Position numbers and translations under genes: made by a program. A stretch of DNA of 61,956 nucleotides, counting the filler, from Platydemus manokwari (taxonomy: Eukaryota), in the NCBI GenBank assembly GCA_037951405.1. It is 6 parts of 6 records of this genome, joined end to end, with 100 filler letters (N's around TTAATTAATTAA, not from the genome) between each part and the next. Parts side by side here need not be neighbours in the genome. Positions count along the whole stretch, not along the records: positions 43,879 to 52,912 come from JBBMOY011310427.1; positions 53,013 to 61,956 come from JBBMOY011324984.1; 4 more parts are not named here. One strand, 5' to 3'. How positions within the stretch are numbered: position 1 is the first letter of the stretch; each line of letters opens with the position of its first letter. Shown one piece after another: positions 50,981-61,956 of the stretch. Under the pieces are notes generated by a model that saw only the letters and a program-made list of their open reading frames with translations, was not told where the DNA came from and did not search any database.

Positions 50981-52835
50981 AACGTGATTAAATAAACAAA
51001 CACGTTGTATTTGTTTATATAATTGATTGACGGATTAGTTCAGTTTTTTAAATAAAAATTATGCCATCAAGTGTCAGTAATGTAACTATAATAATTCTAC
51101 TTTATCACTTGACAGTGACTCTTCAATATTAAAATGGTAACAAGATCGAAAATCTGCTAAAACAAATTCAGCGAATTGATACATCCAAAAGGTTTAAAAA
51201 AGAAGTTAAGTTCCATGAATGTATGCCAGTCTTTTTAGTTGGTAACTTGAGAGCTTATCTTATCTTCGTGTGATTTTTAGCAATCATTCTTTTGATTACT
51301 TTTCATTCTATTTTAGACTTTCTGTGGCTGATCCCGTCTTGAGTGATTTACTTTGCGAATTGTGAAGAGTTGCTATTATTGTTGAAACAAAGAACGAACG
51401 TGTTTAATAAATGCAATTATAAGTTTAAAATGACATGAAAACAAAAAGCAAGATTACTACGAAAATTAGAATAAACATTATTTAACAAATCAAATATAAA
51501 TAAATTAAAATTTAAAACAATTAATCACAAATAAGAACAACTAGAGCAATTTAAAATTATTCAAAGATAATTTAGATTAATAGAACAAATCGTATAGAAA
51601 ACTATTAAAAAATATATAGACGCACCGAGACAGAATTAGAGCACGAGGAAACCATAATATACTAAAGCAGATAACTAGCATTATAATTGATGAGTCAATC
51701 TTCAAAAACAAAAAATCACATCAATTTATGAATGATAGTCAAATCCATAAGCTAACACTTGCATTCATTGTAAAGTTTATTGTTATAAAATTTCTAGAGA
51801 TAAAGAAAAACATTAATTAGAGATATTTAATGAACCTACAATGACTTGATATTAACTGTTTGTTATTAGATTTAATAAATATTTATTTCATTGATAACGT
51901 AAAGATATTTCAAAATCTCGAATTAAAAATAAGCTTTTAGACTTCATTTCGTGACCGATAAATCCATTGGAAAACTATAATTAATAAAATAATTCATTTC
52001 GTTAGTTGATTTAATGACCAAATTAACTGTTGAGGATTCAATATAACCAATGGTGTATTAAATCGTTTTATAAAGAATTAAATAAGTGAAATACAATTAA
52101 CACCAACAAGCTTTTAAGAACTGATAAATTTATAGCTAACCGTTTAGATAAATCATGATCCTTTTACATATGCCTTTAGATTTCGTTTGATAGTCTCGAA
52201 AAGTGTCTAATCATCGTTCCTACAAATAAAACAATCAAGCACAACAATACTATAGTGAAGATTATTCGAGATAAATTATTTCCAATAGATTTCAATAAGT
52301 TAATAAACATTAAAAATTCATTGAATATTAAGTTAATATTATACAAAAAATAAAAATGAACATTATTTTAAATGGCATTAACTTATTGGAATTGAACACT
52401 GTAAATTTACCTCATGTACCCATTGGATTTCAAAACTACTTAAATACGAATGATAACTATATTTTTCATTTCAATCCTGTTTTAGTTCAAAATTTAATGT
52501 GAAATTTATATTAATATATAATTATCGTTTGTTTTGGATTGCAAATTTAAACAATAATAATAATAATAAATCGAATTTGTCAATGGACATAAGATAAAGT
52601 ATGTGAAACAAATTTAAAATTATCTAATTAAACTAGCTTAAGAATAAGGTTAGGAAAATGTTAATTACTTGAAACTAATGAAAAATATATTGTAAAATAA
52701 TTATTTCTTTAATTTATGTTATTTCAATCATAACTTTATTGTAACACGTTTAATAAAAAATAGTTATTCTTCACAAATAAACCAATTTATTATTTATTAT
52801 AGACAACATTTAGCATAGGCAACTCTGTTATATTG

Positions 52836-52877
52836 GGCTAAGGTATAGACTACTCTGAACATTGTTTTATCAAACTA
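52836..52877 (-). repeat. second copy of the 42-bp dispersed repeat (see 34-75)
   Basis: Exact reverse complement of 34-75. Confidence 0.9.
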
Positions 52878-52887
52878 TTTTTACATT

Positions 52888-52901
52888 GTTACCATGGTTA
52901 C
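52888..52901. promoter_or_regulatory. RFX X-box-like palindrome GTTACCATGGTTAC
   Basis: 13/14 match to GTTRCCATGGYAAC. No associated gene is visible because the scaffold ends 11 nt later. Confidence 0.35.
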
Positions 52902-52912
52902 CAAGGTGATTT

Positions 52913-53012
52913 NNNNNNNNNNNNNNNNNNNNNNNNNNNNNNNNNNNNNNNNNNNNTTAATTAATTAANNNNNNNNNNNNNNNNNNNNNNNNNNNNNNNN
53001 NNNNNNNNNNNN
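52913..53012. other. artificial scaffold join
   Basis: 44N-TTAATTAATTAA-44N. Confidence 0.98.
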
Positions 53013-53034
53013 AATAAAAGAAAATATGTGTTAA

Positions 53035-53035
<1 letters not shown>

Positions 53036-53079
<44 letters not shown>

Positions 53080-53104
53080 TAATAATAATAATAATAATAA
53101 TAAT
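53036..53104 (+). repeat. (AAT)n microsatellite, about 23 units
   Basis: Read directly, with one AAC variant. Confidence 0.95.
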
Positions 53105-55720
53105 TGGTATTTTTGGTATCATTGAGGTTTAATAAAAGAGACTGATAAAAAAATAACTGTTAAGTTAATAGTGAGATTTTGCAAAATCAATAGAAGTAAT
53201 TCAAATTGTCAAAATTTAAAAGTAGGTTTGTATTTATAAGTGATACTTAAAACATTTGCTGAGTGAGATGAAATCTTGCAAAAGAAAAGAGGATTTACAC
53301 CTTGGAAACCTTGTTTAAGTACTTTAAACGTTTGCATTCCTAAACAACCACACAGATATAACAACTAAATAATCACAGCGGAGCTAGATGGTAAATGACA
53401 ATTGAAATAAAAAACATAACCACACAACAACACACTCGTGCAAGAATTAAAAAGCCCAATAGGAACATGGAAAAGCAAAGATCGAATCAAAATGCGATAC
53501 AACATGACACAAAAATTACACTCGGGTCTCGAATATAAATATCGATGAAAAGATGACCAACTACCAGTTATAAGCCAGGTTTTGTTTATATTTTGAGAAG
53601 TATGTTGAGTGTATTTATTTTATAAGTCGTACTGACTAGTAAGCAGATGAAAATAAAGTCATAGCCTTCTAGTTTTGGAGTCAGTGACTTAGTTAATTGT
53701 TTAGAAGTATCCAACGCATTGATCAACGCCGTTCACCTTGTCTTCATATAGGTATTTCGATATTCAAGGCGAATAAATATTAAAATAATTTTCAATTACT
53801 GTCTGAAAGTCGTTTAGAACTCAATAGACTGATTTAAATAATATATGGTGTCGGTCAGAAATTTACTTATAATAATTCTAGCTATAGATTCCAAAATAAT
53901 CTGCTATTATAAACTGCGGCAAGTACTTATTCAAACTTTAATTTTTTGCGAATTATCAAGGGCTCTAATGGGATATTAAGTCTTTATCTCCACTGAGTTC
54001 AAAAAAGTAACTCATTATTTTCATCTTCGCATAAAAAAATATTCAAAAAGAGAATTTAAATTGAAATGTTTGTATATAAAATATATCTGAGAATAAATGC
54101 AATAAATAACTGCCCGCTCCTGAAAATATTCCGATAATCGATTATAACAAAAACTTATTTCAATCTTGTATTTCAATTGTAAAATATATAAAATAATTGC
54201 AAAAATCTCTTTGATAGTTAATTCGAGTGATCTCAATTATAAATTTGAGGGATGAATTTGTTGATTATTTCTAAAATCTTTGTATGTAAATTCTTATTTT
54301 AAAATCTTGTTCAAAATATATCATTTTAATTGAGGCATTGTTTCATTGTTTTACAACCGATTCGAAATGAAAAAATTAGGGAATACTTTCGGAATATTGA
54401 TTGTGATTAATTATCTTAATAATTTGAAAATTACGGTTTCGCTTTTTACATATCAGGATTGTTTGGCTTGAAATAGATATTCGAATCTTTAATATAAAAA
54501 TTAACAACTTCAGTGTAAAATAAACGGACAGATATTTCCATTTTTGCTTACTAGCAGATCGGGTTTTTAACATATTATTAATTATCTCTGACTCATAACA
54601 GAACAATCGATACCATTTATTTTTAATATGTGAAAAATTCTGAATAAAAAAATAAAACCTGATAAACAGGTGGTATTGGAGGAGAGCATTAATCAAAAGA
54701 TCCATTATATATTTGTCCTGAGTTTTAAAATTGGGTATTTTTTCTTCCTTTGATAAAAACGACCACAATTTAGCAAATATTGAATCATTTCAGAGTTTCG
54801 TTGTTTTAGACAAAATTAGATTTTTATCTCGCACGTATTATATAATAATGCAGGTAGTGGATAATCTTAAACACATGTAGTTATTAATTATTTTATTATT
54901 AATCCATAAATTCCACGATCAAATGTATGGATTTCGATTACTAAAATTGTTTATATTCTATTTTTTTCGAAGTGTTTGACCATTATTGTTTAATTTTTAT
55001 TTGATCGATATCATTGTTAGGATTTGTTTTAATGACGTTATTTTGTAAATAATAATGAGTTAGGGATTTGAAACTCCCGAAAATTATTTTACCGGTCATT
55101 GTATTATCTTATTAAAAAGCACTTTTAAAATTTTTTCAGTCAGATTTTTTTATTTATAGATTAAGTTGTTTTAAAATTTCTTTCCATTATCAAAAGCTCA
55201 TTAGAAAGAGTTAAATAAATCACTAAAAAATTTTAAACAATTTATTACTTTTTTAATTTTAATATTTTCTACTTAACAGTATTGTATAAAGACATCAAAT
55301 TCACAATTTGATAAGTATGTTATTGATGGATTCGAGTCCATGGGCATTTCAATCTCTTTTCAATTCAGCTTATTTATGGGGCACAATTTATTTCGTCAAA
55401 AAATTGAAAATCAATTACTTTTAATGGCAAAAATATTGCAATAAAGTCCTTTTCTTGAACACATTATTTGTGTTCTTATTATATTCAAAAAATTACTCAT
55501 CAAAATGATTTAAATTAAGTTTGGATAAGCTTGTGAAATCCATCAAGCTTTTTCTTAAATCTATTTTCCAAGCCAAATTCGAGACAAAGAAATTATATAA
55601 ATTCATGACAAAACTTGGTCAGCAAGAATGACACACGACACGATATCATTCTATACAATTTACCAATGAAAGTTTCGGAAATTTATAAATCAACGTGTGC
55701 ATAGTTATATAAACAAATCT

Positions 55721-55734
55721 GTTAGCATGGTAAC
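55721..55734. promoter_or_regulatory. RFX X-box upstream of beta-tubulin
   Basis: GTTAGCATGGTAAC, a 13/14 match to GTTRCCATGGYAAC, about 305 bp before the ATG. Confidence 0.6.
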
Positions 55735-56039
55735 GTCAGCGGAAACCGCTTCGTTCACATTATAGAATTAATGGTAAATCAATAAGTCTCAAAATGTTGA
55801 AACTTAGACCGTGCATTCGCAGACAAATCGATGAGTCATTATCGATTTTCGAAACTAAGTCAAATTAGAAATAGCCAATTGAATAATAATTTGCTGATTA
55901 ATTCTCTTGAAAGAGGAGAATTGAATTTACAACAACCAATCGTTTTCCTTAGTGTGTATGTAAGCATGGAATTGCAAATATTTCTCTATAAATACTATAT
56001 TAGGCAGCCATTTTTATTTTATCATTAGTAGAATTAAAA

Positions 56040-57492
<1,453 letters not shown>

Positions 57493-60400
57493 TTACTACG
57501 TGTTTGAACATTTTCACTGGATTTGTTTTTGAGTTAATTGGTTTAATTAATATTAATTTTCGTTTTAAATTAATTAAATGTTTCGGTTTAAAATCATATG
57601 TAAGGAATTGTTGTTCTGAAAATTTATAAATATGAGTATTGTTTTTAATTGTTTAAAATAATTTTAGTATTTTAATAATTTTAAGTTTGTTCGAGTTGAT
57701 TATTCGGAATAAATTAAAAAAAATGTGTTATTTCAAAGTATAAAACTTGAGAATATTTTTGTATGAAACAATAAATCGTATTGGGGTTAAATTTTTTATT
57801 GCTGTTATCATGCTTACTGTCATATTAAACCATTTAGTGACACGACATGTTAATTTAATGGATCATTTCTTGAGTATACTGGATTTCATAAGACGTGGCA
57901 ATTAAATTCTAGGGATCTACAATAAATCTAAATTTGAAATAAAATCTATAATTTCATTTCAATAATAACAGACGAACATTCCAGTAAGGTGTTGTTAGGC
58001 TTTTAATAAACAATTTATCGAATCAAAGAAAGAATGGAATTATTGATATACGTAGTTTATAAATATGAAAATCGAATACTTGTTGAAATTATCCGGTATT
58101 AGTAAAGCTAATTAAATTTAATCATGCATTTCGAGTACAATCTTTTTGATTTCTATAATATTAATTGTTTTTATTTAAGTTATTAAATATATCCTCCTAT
58201 CGTTATTAAAAATAGAAGCCCAAAGTAATATATTTATAATTTGGTATACGTGTAACACATAAAATTTTGGCTGCAAGCCATAAACAGTTATAAATAGTAG
58301 CTTTATAACATTACAATTTAATTTTAATTTAATAAGATTGACTACTTTTTACCATTCTTATTTTTCTATTTCATCATTATTTTCCACAATTTTTACCATT
58401 GATAATAAAATTCGAAATTGAACGCTTATTTCAAAGGTATAGATTATCCAATTTTTAAAGTCTGGTATTGTATAGAAACGGAAAGTTACTAAATAAAAAA
58501 CTAACTACTTAAACACACAATAGCTGACTATTCGTATTTAATTCTAAACTTGAATATATTTTAAATCGATTTGCTGATCAATAGTTTATTGTCTCCAAGT
58601 TCAATAATTTTCAATAATGAATTACTACTACTCTTGGTAAATAAGAAATCAAATTTAAAAAGCATCGAAGATTATTGTTTAAAATTTATTTCAAGTCATA
58701 TGAATATCTTTCAGGATTTCTAAAATAAAATATTTGTAGAGCATGGTCCAGAGTGATTATTAACTTCACTCAACCAATACTCAATTTTAAAGGCTGTCAT
58801 ATGTAAGTGAAGTAATATTTTCAACTTTCCATGACTTTATTTAATTTCTCAGTGCTTTCGAAATTGATTTGAATGAACCTTAGAATTCAAAAAAGTAATT
58901 CATGGAACTGAATTAGGAAAATCTGTATTGTCATTAGATTAGTATCACCAAGATTCTTCCTTTTAAATCAATTACATTTCATACTATAATTCAAAAAAAT
59001 GCAGAATATTGCAATGTTATCTTGAATCTGATATTAATGGATAAAATCGATTGGGATGATGTTGCTTTCTCTACAATCCAAAACAGTTTAACAAACTCAT
59101 TTATCCTATAAATATTGGAAATTCTTCATTGGTCATATTCTCACGTATATTATTTTGATTTGGTTGGTTAAGATCACGCGCATTCCGCAACAACTCCTAG
59201 TGTTCTCTTCCTACTATCTTTGATACTAACCCAAAAAATCGTTATCAATACAATTAGCTATATCCAAAGATCACAGTAGTTACTAACTTTTTCAAAATAA
59301 TAATGTTTCACAACACCATGCATATAAACATATATATGGGGCTGTTGAAATCATATATTAAGAGTTATATCTTCTTTAAAAAGGATGACAGTATTAATTA
59401 GATTACCTTGATTTTTACCTACAATCATTTTTACGTACTTATTCAATATTTGAATTGACAGAACGTTCACAAATAAGTCAATAAACAACTTTGGCGATCT
59501 TTAAGAATCAATTCAACAATATGTTGAATAAGGTAAGTAAATAAAAAATAGCATATGGTTTTACGAATTCAAATAAAATTGAGGATGATCGTTAGTGGAG
59601 AGACATCAGTGAAATTGTTATTTTTTATTATTTTTTTTAGAAAATCGTCGATGCAAAAAGTAATCTCTTAGTGCTTCAGAAAAATTTCAAAGACGAATTG
59701 CTGAGATAAAAATCCAAAAGCTGTTTTCGTTAAATAAATTTATTTTATAGATAACAATTTTAATTTTTCATACATGCACGAAATATATCTAACAACATTA
59801 GCTACCTTTCATTGAAAAACCGTTCATGAAAAATAAAGAATAAATTATCTTCAACACTGTAATGTGATTTTTATAATCTGTCAACATCTTTTGACGGTAG
59901 TGGTAATTGGTATATATCATCAAAAAACTTTCACTACTTGAGTGAAAATAATGTTATTGATGTTATGTTATCATGATTCACTTGATTGCTTCAATAAGGT
60001 AATGTATGTACAACTATAGCAACCCAAGCCAAAATTAGCCTACTAATAAAGTGATTTATGGAAAAGTTGTTATTACCATTAAATTCAACATTATTTCAGC
60101 TGAATTTCAAAACTGTAATCACCACAATGTGAAAGTGATTGATTCAATTAAACATAATTAAAAAGGAAATCTTTTTTGGTTATTACTGGTCTAAATCTAG
60201 TTATTATCTGCTTGTGGTTAAACTTAAGAAATTTATTAAAATAGCTTCGATTTTTTACTTATGAATTATATTTACTTATGATTTATATATAATAATAAAT
60301 AACTAAATTATATATTTTGTGCTAATACAAATTTATTTTACAGTCAAAGCAAAATAAGCATTAATTTTAACAGACAAATATATAGAAATCTAAAAAAAAT

Positions 60401-60972
60401 AAAAATTGAAATCTAGGCATTATTTAAAAAGATATCAGTCACAAATTACAAGATTTAAAGCTAAGTTAATATTAGTACGCTAGTAAACCAATTAAAATTT
60501 TAGTATGATAACTCAAAATGCACAAGAAAATAAGTGAAATAATTATTCGATCCTAGTAAACAATATTACGAGAAAATATGTATTACTAAGGAGAAACGTG
60601 ATTGATGTACACTTCGATATGATTTGATTTAATAGTAACGATAGCTAGCTTTTATATTCATTTAATATTAATTTTAGATTTTCAAGAATAATATCAAAAT
60701 AGAAATTCATTGTCACGTAATTTTTAATTAACCTTTATGTAAAGTCAAAAAATAAAAAATAATTCTTTAAATTGATGAATCATATATGATACTTCAAGCT
60801 GCAAATTTTGACAAAATAATTTAAAAGAAATATCAAATTTAATCTGAGTGACTTCGTAAAATAATTTTTTCAATTAAATTGCAATCTAAAATCAGTTTTT
60901 TATTTTGTTTTAATATATAAAAATTCGGCGATTGTTTGATAATATAAAAAGATTAAATTTTTTATTGATAGA

Positions 60973-61896
60973 ATGACAAATAATTACGATGCTATTAAAA
61001 AGGAAATATTTTTTCTTTGCAAAAAATATACATCCGACAAAAAAGATGGTAACTATTAAGAAATAATAATAACTGGTTTAAACTGTTTTAGACGATATTA
61101 GTAAAACCGTAGATTTTCATATAAGAAAATTATCGTGGTAAGATTTTTAAAATGTAAATCATAGAATTTTAAATTAAGTGTTTTATAATTTTAGCCTTAA
61201 AAATACAATACCAACCGTTTTAACTATCGAAATGGATATCGAAACAAAAAGTATATGTAACATAAAATAATGTTATTTTTAATTTTATGAAACAGTGAAA
61301 AAGAAAGGTGCATCAGAATCTTCTATTCTCGAAATGAAATCATATATTCGTAAAATACAAAATCTTGTACCATTATTCTTTAAAATTTTTAATTGTTGAT
61401 AATCTTATTAGAACGTTCATAATCCAGTCAGTTTGATTTATTTTTTAAATTTAATGTCTACCATTGGATCGGAGTCAACTGAAGCTACTTTTCCTACTAG
61501 AGTTTGAATTGTTTTGTAAAAATCATATGAATAAATATTAATGGTAGCAAAATTTTCAAAGAACTCCTCAATCAGAGATGAGAACATCTACTCCATTATA
61601 TTCGAATAATTTTAACGTTAATAGATTACCTGAAGATGTTAGCTCTATTAATTCAACCAGGTATTTTCTAATATTAAAAAATATCATCGTTTAACCATTA
61701 TTTAATATAATAATTATGTAATTATTTTCGATGATCGTTAAAGGAAAACTATACCATAAATGATTTTTGTGAATCTTTTGATTAAATGAATATTTGAATA
61801 AACTTTTTCAGATCCGGTATTGCACCCCGAGAAAATATAATTAATAGACCTAATATTGATCAAAACAATTCTATTGAGTCGCAGAGAAATAATTGA
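60973..61896 (+). CDS. gamma-tubulin complex component 3 (GCP3)-like N-terminal region, 7 short exons; 3' end uncertain
   Basis: Exons 60973-61048, 61092-61137, 61195-61250/61256, 61296-61366, 61412-61501, 61548-61660, 61812-61896 splice in frame through GT-AG introns. Product MTNNYDAIKKEIFFLCKKY...DISKTVDFHIRKL...PTVLTIE...YIRKIQNLNVHNPVSLIYFLNLMS...STPLY parallels the human GCP3 N-terminus as recalled (LLQNLC...DVAQQFQYAVRV...PTVERDE...LHRKL...VLKNKWSILYLLLSLS...STPYY). Confidence 0.65.
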
Positions 61897-61956
61897 AATT
61901 CATAAATATTGATCAAATTAGAAAAATTATTTTTGGAATGTTATTCAACATTTTTT

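Noticed and set aside
9556-53012. Recurring TTAATTAATTAA palindrome as a biological repeat or piggyBac target
   Set aside because: Always centred in exactly 44+44 N. It is a six-frame-stop linker added when scaffolds were concatenated.
54376-54768. 130-aa minus ORF as a gene divergent from beta-tubulin
   Set aside because: TTG start, in-frame TGA just upstream, no recognisable motif and no consistent exon chain.
58700-60200. Splice-like signals between tubulin and the GCP3-like gene (AAG|GTAAGT at 59532, T-tract AG at 59640, minus-strand ELLRNARDLNQPNQNN)
   Set aside because: No multi-exon open frame or homology could be assembled on either strand. A gene here is possible but unsupported.

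Overview
Very AT-rich animal genomic DNA with many short (about 40-100 nt) GT-AG introns. It is not one locus. Five artificial 100-nt joins (44 N + TTAATTAATTAA + 44 N) divide it into six scaffolds: 1-9555, 9656-20167, 20268-30783, 30884-43778, 43879-52912 and 53013-61956. Linkage is only meaningful within a scaffold. Manual splicing gives three complete genes: a DDC-like aromatic amino acid decarboxylase (11 exons, 482 aa), a sialin-like SLC17 transporter about 0.8 kb downstream on the same strand (10 exons, 504 aa), and a beta-tubulin with the axonemal EGEF tail and an upstream RFX X-box. Partial or unusual genes are the last exon of an RZ-family RGS, a divergent Sema-PSI-Ig semaphorin, a micro-exon gene resembling the N-terminal MZT1-binding domain of GCP3, and a possible GPCR pseudogene. 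The ORF track misses the RGS exon and the GCP3-like gene. The rest is a transposon graveyard: a full-length but frameshifted piggyBac in the SLC17 intron, a pogo/Tigger deletion derivative, mariner/Tc1 and hAT relics, two Gypsy remnants (one with a tandemly duplicated protease region) and LINE fragments. The features suggest a ciliated invertebrate such as a flatworm (inference only). The best candidates for an undescribed system are the decarboxylase plus vesicular-type transporter pair and the GCP3-N-terminal gene next to beta-tubulin. Both are unproven.
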